Part shown: piece by piece, positions 53,776-64,000 of the stretch
Numbering within the stretch: the first letter of the stretch is position 1
How the letters are laid out: each line of letters opens with the position of its first letter
Origin: Balanoglossus misakiensis
Lineage: Eukaryota > Animalia > Hemichordata
NCBI GenBank assembly: GCA_040954595.2
Contig: CM082579.2
Span: 14,670,550-14,734,549, forward strand
Direction of reading: 5' to 3'
DNA length: 64,000 nucleotides
Position numbers and translations under genes: made by a program
Notes under the pieces: generated by a model
Seen by the model: only the letters and a program-made list of their open reading frames with translations
What the model was told of the DNA's origin: nothing
Databases searched by the model: none

Positions 53776-55108
53776 TCAGCGTAATTCAATAAAACGCCCT
53801 AACACAGCCTGAACTCCGATAATGTGTTGTCCCAAAATTCATTCCGTGGAAAATAATCACTGGTCTGTTTACGTATTTCAGCCGATTTTCCAAGGACTAC
53901 TGCAACTCGCCAGAAGTGAGTAGCCTGCTAATGAGATCTCCACAACATTACGTAATGACGGTCAAAGTCCGATGCCCCAGTGTCCGTCCTCAGCCCACCA
54001 AAAAATGCGAAAAAATATTACAAAAATCTTCTTCTCAAAATCGACGTGGCCTAGGACCTTGAAATTTGGCACAGGGGATTTTGGCCACATGGTCTACAAA
54101 AATCGCGAAAAGAATGTACATGCCCCCATTAACGTGCAAATTAGGTCAATTTGAAAATTTCGCTCGATTATAGCCACAAAGTCACGTGACTAATTACAAA
54201 TTCAAAGGGCAGGTGCACCAGTACTCATGGGCCCCAACCACCGTGCCAAATTTGGAGGCGCACCTGCCGGAATTTCAGAGAAAAACGGGCGCAAAAAAAC
54301 GACTCAAGAAGAAAGAAGACAAACTCCAGCAATAACAGAAGGGGACCAAGCGCCTGAGGGCTCTTGGTCCCCTAAATATGGGACTAAACTTGACAGATAC
54401 CCGGAATATTTTCCTATTTAGGATACCTGGTTGCATTTCCACCTAAAGGCGTCCTATTGGCGTGGAAATTTTATAACTTGAAATCGTTTGACTGGGTGAT
54501 AGGTATTAATATCTTATGATGTTATAAAACACTTGGCTCGCCGAAGGTAAGGACCGATTATAGCGTCAGTCGTGTCATAAAATCTATATGAACGTCATGG
54601 GTCAATAAACTTGATGGTCCAATAAAATTTAATGGTTCGTAAAACTATTGTGTCCAATGTCTGCAGAGTATACTGGCTGCAACATGTGTATGAGTCAGGA
54701 TTAACGGCTGTAGCCATCAACCCAAAAGGTGAACGTCCTATTCTCACTAACTTAAATAGGTTTTGCGACCTAGTTGAGTGATAAAAACCTTATGATAAAG
54801 TCGACACAATTTCAAGATGACGATGTGCAAATGAGAGTTCATAAGCTAAAGTAAAGTTCAATGAATTCTATACAAAGTTCAAAAAAGATTTTTTTACTAA
54901 AGGAAGACATGAACAAACTGATATCGTCTCTTCATATTCGTACATGTCCAACTGTTGTGATTTGACCCCCCCCCCCCCCCATGGTACATGAACCTATTAC
55001 TTAGTACACACTTAAACAATTGCCATTTGATGTGCCTTGCTTGACAGTGTTTAATGCGGTGGTCAGCCGCGTTTATCTCTCGCCACTTCATGCATCATGT
55101 CGCCTTAA

Positions 55109-55428
55109 AGGGACAAACTCTCTCTCTCGTCGCCCTTTTCTATTAATTATGTTTGATACAAGACACCGTTTATATTAATGGGCATGTGTATATGTAGTGA
55201 ATGAACGTTCAACCACACACAACTTCCATCCTGCTTGTATGATATGAGAGTAAAAACTCGCCCAAAATGAATTAATGGTAGAGACCGATTTTTCAGTTTT
55301 GCGAGTTTTCGCTCTCGTGTCTACATGCGGGATAGAAGGTGTGTGCGGTTGAACGTTGCATCACTATATATCCACATTTACATTAATATAAACGGTGTTT
55401 TGTATCAAACATGGAAAAGGGCAGCGAG
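55109..55428. mobile_element. Copy of the 33985 MITE family, right end truncated
   Basis: ttaa|agggacaaactctctctctcg... collinear with 33985-34331; abuts another element starting ttaaggatgtac. Confidence 0.8.
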
Positions 55429-55432
55429 TTAA

Positions 55433-55745
55433 GGATGTACGATCAGTAAAATTGAAAGCATTGTCATTTCTTTTAATCGTGAATTTTCGTTTCTGATTTG
55501 TATGTATAATGAAAATCCATTTTGGGTCACTGCACTTGTTTTCGACTTTAAACAAGGCCGTGAATTTAGTCGACAATTGAAGAAAACTGCTAACGGTCAG
55601 CATTTTCTACCAATGGTTTGTCTATGGATACAATATTGAACAAAGTTTATCTCAAAATAGAGCGTGATGAATTTATTTTGATTTGTCGGAGCTATGTGTA
55701 AAATTTCATGAAAATGACAATAGTAGAAGTGAGTTTTCTAACTAT
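55433..55745. mobile_element. Dispersed repeat fragment, inverted relative to ~45820-46020
   Basis: gagctatgtgtaaaatttcatgaaaatgacaatagtagaagt is the near reverse complement of acttctactattgtctttttcacgaaattttacacatagctc. Confidence 0.6.
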
Positions 55746-56064
55746 TCTCCATGTACTCCTATGGGAAGAGACACAGGCGCACAGTTTACCAGTTGACGAC
55801 CTCTAAAGAGGAAACGGGGGGGGGGGGTGATGAAAGGTTTAAGACTTACAGATCACAACTTAAAGAGCCATTCAGAAAGAGGCTTAGAGTGGAGTATCAA
55901 ATCGGACGATACCACTGACTGGTGGAGGAAGACAAAATAAGCAAACTGAGTAGATGAGTGCTCAGATTTCTTCAGAGGACCAAACGTTTCAAAGAATTAT
56001 ACGTGACAATCCATGCCTGGTCCGTCAGTAGATATAAACAGAACATTGTGGCTGTATTCATTAA

Positions 56065-56355
56065 AGGGACCAAGTCTCTCTCTCGCTGCCCTTTTTCCAT
56101 TAATTATGTTTGATACAAGACTGCGTTTATATTATTCTACATGTGGATATAGTGAATCAACGTTCAACCATACACACCTTCCACCCCGCTTGTATAGACA
56201 CGAGAGTTTTAAAAAGTAGCCAAAATGAATAAACGGTCTCTACCATTTATTCATTTCGGGCGAGTTTTTACTCTCGTATCATACAAGCCGGATGGAAGTT
56301 GTGTGTGGTTGAACGTTCATTCACTAACATAAACGGTGTCTTGTATCATGTCCCT
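56065..56355. mobile_element. Copy of the 33985 MITE family with TTAA TSD
   Basis: ttaa|agggac ... gtccct|ttaa, with internal deletions. Confidence 0.85.
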
Positions 56356-56386
56356 TTAACACTTTTGAAGCATTTTACTAATGCTA

Positions 56387-58862
56387 ACATGACTAGACCA
56401 ATTGAATGATGTTACATTGCAGGTTATCAACTCAGAGGGGCGTCTTGTTATAAAGCGGTACCTGACAAACAATCAGCTGGCAACGCTGAAAATACCTGTC
56501 AGTCGTAAGTATGAAAGTATACATCATTTGAGTAGAATTTTACGGGAGTTCCTAACAAGGCTTGGACATGTCACGCACAAATACAAAGGGCGCGTATAAA
56601 GACAGACAAAACCTCGCTCAGTGTGAGGTGTTCAGCGATTGCATCTGATAAGTCGAAAATGCTTGATCACGTGTCATGTTCAGTTGGGAAATTGGATATG
56701 TCTCAGGCCAAAAAAACTAATATGTGCTATTCCGATTACATGGCTTTCAAAAATATTGTAGGTAGAAAGGGACATTTTTTTATTTTTCAATTTTTTTTAT
56801 ATCTTTGGCCGTCGTAGTGTAGAAGAATGACATCATAGATCTTGCGTGATTCTCGCAATTTTCATGAATTGTTTTATATTTGACATCGTTATTTTTACTT
56901 CCGGTTTGCGAAGATCTAAACTGTTTTGGGTCGGCGGGCTAAAATTAGGGTAGTTCGGGTAATCGTTATGACATTGGGAGCTACGGCTGCAAAACCATGT
57001 GTCTCGTGCGAAAAGGGCCCTTAACCTTTTGCAATATTTAACAGCAAACAACAGACAGTTTTGAGAATAAAAGGTTTCCGTCGTGTCTGACTTTCATATC
57101 GCATTAATAGCATATCCCTAATTTTAAAGAAATTAGGAGAGACAGAGTGAAACAGGCAGAGTGGCAGACAGACACAAGCAGACAGACAGAGCAACATTCA
57201 TCAGTAGAGACACTCACCGGTCGCTCGCTCGCTCGCTCACTCTCTCTCTCAGAGAGAGGGGGCAGACAGTCAGACAGACAGACGTTGACAGACAGTCAGT
57301 AAGTCAGTCAGCCAGTTAATCAGTCAGTCAGACGTCAAAGACACAGTGACACAAACACAGCGAGGGAGACAAAAGGACCTTTCATGCTTAAACCCCTGTT
57401 CTTCTGTTATAAACTTTGAAAACCGTTCGTTTTCAGACTGCAGATTGCTCGAATAACGCGGCACACTGCCGAAACAATAAAACAAATACTAGTGGGAGCT
57501 CATAAAATAAAATCGCTCAACCATTCCGTCGTCCTGAGTGACCTCAGCCACATTAATTCCGACGTCTTTTTAGGGTCATGAAAAAAGTCACAAATAAGGT
57601 ATTTCCCCTAGGTCCACCTGAAGCAAAAAGTTTTCGTTTCGACTCCATCATTCCGAATAGTAAGAAAGCAACAAAATTGAAAAGACAGATGTAAAATGCA
57701 ATCTCTCTCACGTGGTAACGTTTGTAACTATGGCAATCACGGTACGTGTTCAGTACACAGACAGGGAGAAAAGTTTCCCCATGCAATACATGTGTTCAGT
57801 AAGGTTTGACCTTGGTTTTACTTTGTACCATGATCGCCGCTTTCTAAGCATGGATGAACGACGGCGGTCAGACCCAATCGAACCCTTTCATGTCAGATGA
57901 CCACGGTATCTCCAGTGTGAGATGACATTTGACAAACCATTTGATTTCAACAAAATCTTCGCGTCGTCAACGCGTCGCATACCAGTCGCATATCGGTATT
58001 TACCCAATCATAAAAGTTGGAAATTCGGGAGACTCGATCTGCAACCAAGTTGAGAGTAAATTTTGACGTTTGACTATTGGCAAGTAAACAGGTTACACAA
58101 TGACTTGTCGGTTTTTCCTCCGTCATGGTCGTTCTTGACCCAAGTGTCCTTCCTTGACATTTAGACACACCTTGCGGTATGACCTTGGTGGTCATGTGCA
58201 ATTAGTTTTCTTGTATAAGACGCTTTTCATGCCGGGGTAGACGACTTGTGCGTGGATCATCAACATTTCAGTGATATTTCAACGCAAAGTTTTAGCAATA
58301 TTGAGAAAACAGGTAGTGAGGTGTCAAATGCATATTAATGTACGAAAATTAGGTCAAGCCACCCGACAGCAACCGCTTTCACACAGTGTCGGACGTTGCA
58401 CGGAATGTGAAACGTTACACTGCTTCGGCCGTTCACATGCACCTGGGCGTGGTTTTGATTGATGGTCAAACGCCCCCACTTACTTTGGGCGTTTTCAATG
58501 GTAAATGTGTCGTATTGATCGAAACCTTGCCGTAAACACATTTTTTTTGCTGAATCAACATTCAGAGTTCAGCCGTCTAGTTAACGAAGTATTGAAATAA
58601 GCCACTTGTTCATCATTTTTTGTCTGTCAAACGTGTTTATTCGGACAGGGACCGGCCGCCAATGAGTGGTTTAGGGAGCCCACACGTACACTCTGGTACC
58701 TGGACAATTAACAAAGACATGACGTGTGTACCGTCCGGTTCGAAAAGATTGGTTTAAGGTAGTCCTGGTAACAGTCATCCTAACGAGGCCAGGGGAGGAC
58801 TCCAAGGGCGAAATAAACAAAGCTACCGATGACGAGTCGAATTCGAATCGGACGATGCTTGT
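56387..58862. repeat. ~2.5-kb dispersed repeat, copy 2
   Basis: Collinear with 1-2300. Confidence 0.95.
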
Positions 58863-61438
58863 TTTCGACTTTGCAAAATCTCAAAATTTCGTCGATTTTT
58901 GAAAAAAAATCATGGGTGAAAATGCATCAAAAAATGAGAAATTTTCGACTTTGCAAAATCTCAAAATTTCGTCAATTTTGAAAAAAATCATGGGTGAAAA
59001 TCATCAAAAAATGACAAATTTTCGACTTTGCAAAATCTCAAAATTTCGTCGATTTTTGAAAAAAATCATGGGTGAAAATCATCAAAAAAATGACAAATTT
59101 TCGACTTTGCAAAATCTCAAAGTTTTGTTGATTTTTGAAAAAAATCATAGGTGAAAATCATCAAAAAATGACAAATTTTCGACTTTGCAAAATCTCAAAA
59201 TTTCGTCGATTTTTGAAGAAAATCATGGGTGAAAATCTTCAAAAAATGACAAATTTTCGACTTTGCAAAATCTCAAAATTTTTTCGATTTTTGAAAAAAG
59301 ACATGGGTGAAAATCATCAAAAAATGACAAATTTTCGACTTTGCAAAATCTCAAAATTTCGTAGATTTTTGAAAAAAAACATGGGTAAAAATCATCAAAA
59401 AATGACAAATTTTCGACTTTGCAAAATCTCAAAATTTCGTCCATTTTTAAAAAAAAAACATGGGGGAAAATAATCAAAAAATGACAAATTTTCGACTTTG
59501 CAAAATCTCAAAATTTCGTCAATTTTGAATAAAAATCATGGGTGAAAATCATCAAAAAATGACAAATTTTCGACTTTGCAAAATCTCACAATTTCGTCGA
59601 TTTTTGAAAAAAAATCATGGGTGAAAATGCATCAAAAATGAGAAATTTTCGACTTTGCAAAATCTCAAAATTTCGTCAATTTTGAAAAAAATCATGGGTG
59701 AAAATAATCAAAAAATGACAAATTTTCGACTTTGCAAAATCTCAAAATTTCGTCGATTTTTGAAAAAAATCATGGGTGAAAAATAATCAAAAAAATGACA
59801 AATTTTCGACTTTGCAAAATCTCAAAATTTTGTTGATTTTTGAAAAAAATCATAGGTGAAAATCATCAAAAAATGACAAATTTTCGACTTTGCAAAATCT
59901 CAAAATTTCGTCGATTTTTGAAGAAAATCATGGGTGAAAATCATCAAAAAATGACAAATTTTCGACTTTGCAAAATCTCAAAATTTTTTCGATTGTTGAA
60001 AAAAATCATCGGTGAAAATCATCAAAAAATGACACATTTTCAACTTTGCAAAATCTCAAAATTTCGTCGATTTTTGAAAAAATCATGGGGGAAAATCATG
60101 AAAAAATGACAAATTTTCCTCTTTGCAAAATCTCAAAATTTCGTCGATTTTTAAAAAAAGACATGGGTGAAAATCATCAAAAAATAACAAATTTTCGACT
60201 TTGCAAAATCTCAAAATTTCGTCCATTTTTGAAAAAAATCATGGGTAAAAATCATCAAAAAATGACAAATTTTGAAAAGAAAACGGGTGAAAATCATCAA
60301 AAAATGACACATTTTCGACTTTGCAAAATCTCAAAATTTCGTCGATTTTTGAAAAAAAACGGGTGAAAATCATCAAAAAATGACACATTTTCGATTTTGC
60401 AAAATCTCAAAATTTCGTCGATTTTTGAAAAAAAACGGGTGAAAATCATCAAAAAATGACACATTTTCAACTTTGCAAAATCTCAAAATTTCGTCGATTT
60501 TTGAAAAAATCATGGGGGAAAATCATGAACAAATGACAAATTTTCCTCTTTGCAAAATCTCAAAATTTCGTCGATTTTTAAAAAAAGACATGGGTGAAAA
60601 TCATCAAAAAATAACAAATTTTCGACTTTGCAAAATCTCAAAATTTCGTCCATTTTTGAAAAAAAATCATGGGTAAAAATCATCAAAAAATGACAAATTT
60701 TGAAAAGAAAACGGGTGAAAATCATCAAAAAATGACACATTTTCGACTTTGCAAAATCTCAAAATTTCGTCGATTTTTGAAAAAAAATCATGGGTGAAAA
60801 TCATCAAAAAATGACAAATTTTCGTCTTTGCAAAATCTCAAATTTTGTCCATTTCTGAAAAAAAATTATAGGTAAAAATCTTCAAAAATGACAAATTTTC
60901 ATCTTTGCAAAATCTCAAATTTTCGTCAATTTTTGAAAAAAATCATGTTTGAAAATCATCAAAAAATGACAAAATTTTCGACTTTGCAAAATCTCAAAAT
61001 TTCGTCGATTTTTGAAAAAAATCATGGGGGAAAATCATGAAAAAATGACAAATTTTCCTCTTTGCAAAATCTCAAAATTTCGTCGATTTTTGAAAAAAAA
61101 TCATGGGTGAAAATCATCAAAAAATGACAAATTTTCGTGTTTGCAAAATCTCAAATTTTCGTCGATTTTTGAAAAAAAATCATGGTTGAAAATCATCAAA
61201 AAATGACAAAATTTTCGACTTTGTAAAATCACAAAATTTCGTCGATTTTGAAAAAAATCATAGGTTCGTCGATTTTTTAAAAAAAAACATGGGTGAAAAT
61301 CATCAAAAAATGACAAATTTTGAAAAAAAAACGGGTGAAAATCATCAAAAAATGACACATTTTCGACTTTGCAAAATCTCAAAATTTCGTCGATTTTTGA
61401 AAAAAAAACGGGTGAAAATCATCAAAAAATGACAAATT
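58863..61438 (+). repeat. ~78-bp A-tract satellite (satellite A), forward orientation
   Basis: Unit ttttcgactttgcaaaatctcaaaatttcgtcgatttttgaaaaaaatcatgggtgaaaatcatcaaaaaatgacaaa, ~33 units. Confidence 0.97.
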
Positions 61439-61982
61439 TACGAAAATTAGGTCAAGCCACCCGACAGCAACCGCTTTCACACAGTGTCGGACGTTGCACG
61501 GAATGTGAAACGTTACACTGCTTCGGCCGTTCACATGCACCTGGGCGTGGGTTTGATTGATGGTCAAACGCCCCCACTTACTTTGGGCGTTTTCAATGGT
61601 AAATGTGTCGTATTGATCGAAACCTTGCCGTAAACACATTTTTTTTGCTGAATCAACATTCAGAGTTCAGCCGTCTAGTTAACGAAGTATTGAAGTAAGC
61701 CACTTGTTCATCATTTTTTGTCTGTCAAACGTATTTATTCGGAAAGGGACCGGCCGCCAATGAGGGGTTTAGGGAGCCCACACGTACACTCTGGTACCTG
61801 GACAATTAACATAGACATGTCGTGTGTACCGTCCGGTTCGAAAAGATTGGTTTAAGGTAGTCCTGGTAACAGTCATCCTAACGAGGCCAGGGGAGGTCTC
61901 CAAGGGCGAAATAAACATAGCTACCGATGACGAGTCGAATTCGAATCGGACGATGCTTGTTCATAAAAGGCACAGACATAAA
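61439..61982. repeat. Partial copy 3 of the dispersed repeat (duplicates 58341-58862 and 1807-2323)
   Basis: Starts tacgaaaattaggtcaagccaccc and continues past the point where the other two copies switch to satellite. Confidence 0.95.
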
Positions 61983-64000
61983 GCTTCGAAGTTTTTTGTC
62001 TGTGTAGTAAAGATACGACTAATCAGCCTATAGTGTAACCGTAGACCCTGGAGAAATACCAGAGCACAGCACAATGCAGCAAATGGAGTGAAACAAGAAC
62101 AAAGCTTAGTCTCTGCCGCAAACAAAGCTAAATCACATATTGACACTCCAAATAGAAGCAAGACAGCCGGGGGGGGGGGGGAGGAGGCACAGTTGTAGAT
62201 CGCGGTGTTGACCCGCCCCTTCCACATCCTGTAGATGTTTGTGCGTCCAAGGCATTTTTGATAAAATATAGACTTTTGTTTTTAGCTCGAGTGTGGCCTA
62301 AGTATATCACCGTTCACACGAAAAATGTCTGTCTTTTTCAAAACGTTGTATTATACTTCTGTGTAATTTGAACTCTAATACAAGTGACAGTATTAGAGGA
62401 CAGATTTGGCACAGACAAAATTCGTATTAACAAACCACAGAGAAAACGTCAAAATGGAGCGATTTATAAAATGATCAATTCCACGAGTTTGCAAATTAAA
62501 GTTAAAGAGATACAGTTTCATTGGGTGGATCACTATCCTAGAGCGGTCTGGAAGCATGGGTGGATTTTTACCTGGTGTTTGTTTACCTGGTAAAAATAGG
62601 CTATTGTTCTCCCCTGCTTTTCATAGCGGATTTTTTAACACGTCTCCTCGAGATCAAACATTAATGAGCGATTAAAAGCGCTTCGTATACTTTTTGTGGG
62701 TCGAGTTGTGTTTTTCGTTTTATTTGGTCATTAATTCGATCAGAATGGATTGTTTATTGTTGTATTGTTAAAAGCTTGGATTTTATGTTTCAGTTGTGCA
62801 GAGTGCTTAAGTATGCTCGACTTGCGTGGCAATTCTGCATATTTGGAGCATTCTTTGGAATTTAATTGATTTGGACATGAGTTTGTTGTTTGGTTGGTCA
62901 TGGAACAACACGTGACATTGTCTGCATGACATTCTTTAGGGTGTTCCAATTCTGTAAATGACATGAGGTGGTTACATCGGACCATATATGGCTGAGATGA
63001 GAACATATGGCGGCGCTCTTTTTTCGCGTGTGCCACCCACTAAAAATCTGTGATTGGCTACATCTCAATTTGCCATGGTAACTATAGCTAATTTTCCATA
63101 GGTGACCGTATACCTTTAATTGCCTGTTGGTACTAAACAGCACTCTCCCCGAGTCTAGTGAAACATCATTTTGGGGGATCTGGATTTCGTGTTCATTATT
63201 GCGTGACTGATACGGCGGGTATCGATTGGAATAGGCCCTATCGTTAAAATAGAAGTTCATTCTTGTCGGGCGACCCAGGAAGGCATAAGCTTGACGTGCC
63301 TAAAGTTTGTCGGACATTGTTCGACCATCACGGCTGCAAATTGGTTTAAGTTCGACCCTGGGCCCGGTGTAGCCTGCTCCAATAGAAATGGAGAAATTAA
63401 GTATAAGGCAACAACCCGAATGTGCCACTTTTTCACTCACAGCATCCCTCTAAAACCACAGTAAGTGATAAAACAAAAGGTTAGGTCGACTTTTCATGTC
63501 CTTATGCGCATGAAAAGAAAAGAATGAGACAGGGTCAATGAAGTCTAGTATCGTGTCTTCGTGCACACGAAGACGCCCGAGCCGTTCATCATCATGGTAT
63601 TCCTCGTGGAATCTCTTGGCAAGTGCATGGCGTGTACCGAGTCAGAACATGTAAATACTGACTTCTGCTATAGACGTACCAGGTGCTTCGACGAGTTGGC
63701 CTTCGGCATTGTGGTTTTTTGGCTTTTCTAGTGAAGCCGAAGGCCAAAACCAAGGACCGTGACTAAACTGAAAAGCCCCCACCCCCCCCCCCCCCCATCT
63801 CCCCCCCCCGCCCTCACCAGTTTTTGTAGTAGATATGTTCTTCATGCCTACCCCAATTCTACCGCTGGCTGCGCTGTCACAGTGACCTCAAGCCAGGTCA
63901 AATTTGAGCTAAAAGACAAGTTCCGTCTACATACTCATGAATATTTCTTGGTTTCTTCGCGTATAAACTCAGGAATACTATGCCCCTGAAGCCTCGGCTG

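Larger units (their letters stand above)
48958..54375 (+). mobile_element. Putative Helentron-like non-autonomous element hosting two LINE fragments
   Basis: 5' aagctacaagcagcattgaaggggcccaagc matches the 3' hairpin aggggaccaagcgcctgagggctcttggtcccct (54340-54373); diverged internal repeats (51121-51236 ~ 53851-53970); a related 5' end at ~16925. Confidence 0.5.

Noticed and set aside
58912-60740. Lys/Phe-rich ORFs in satellite A (also 2516-2825)
   Set aside because: Translation of tandem repeats, with frequent homopolymer frameshifts.
63340-63370. B-box-like gttcgaccc (tRNA or SINE)
   Set aside because: No A-box or cloverleaf could be built.
62000-64000. Short ORFs in the right end
   Set aside because: No domain similarity or coding bias seen.

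Overview
AT-rich, repeat-dense eukaryotic DNA, probably from a marine invertebrate (spliceosomal GT-AG introns, LINEs, MITEs, Helentron-like elements); it is not prokaryotic. No complete host gene is visible. Main contents: (i) a ~2.3-kb repeat in three copies (1-2324, 56387-58862, partial from 61439), two of which carry a ~78-bp A-tract satellite at nearly the same site but in opposite orientations; (ii) a 10.6-kb satellite of 90-bp and 74/75-bp monomers (3488-14104), whose long ORFs are artefacts; (iii) a tandem duplication (~22.6-28.2 kb vs ~30.8-34.7 kb), each copy holding two paralogous minus-strand micro-exons with mutually inverted cores that would fold into a hairpin once spliced; (iv) a 56-nt D-armless tRNA-like fold preceded by AAAAAGCAAAA, as in the MALAT1/mascRNA 3' end; (v) a 4-kb foldback element, many TTAA/TAA/TA-flanked MITEs, an intron-containing hAT transposase pseudogene, three LINE fragments and one orphan coding exon. 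All comparisons and folds were done by eye, and family assignments are tentative.
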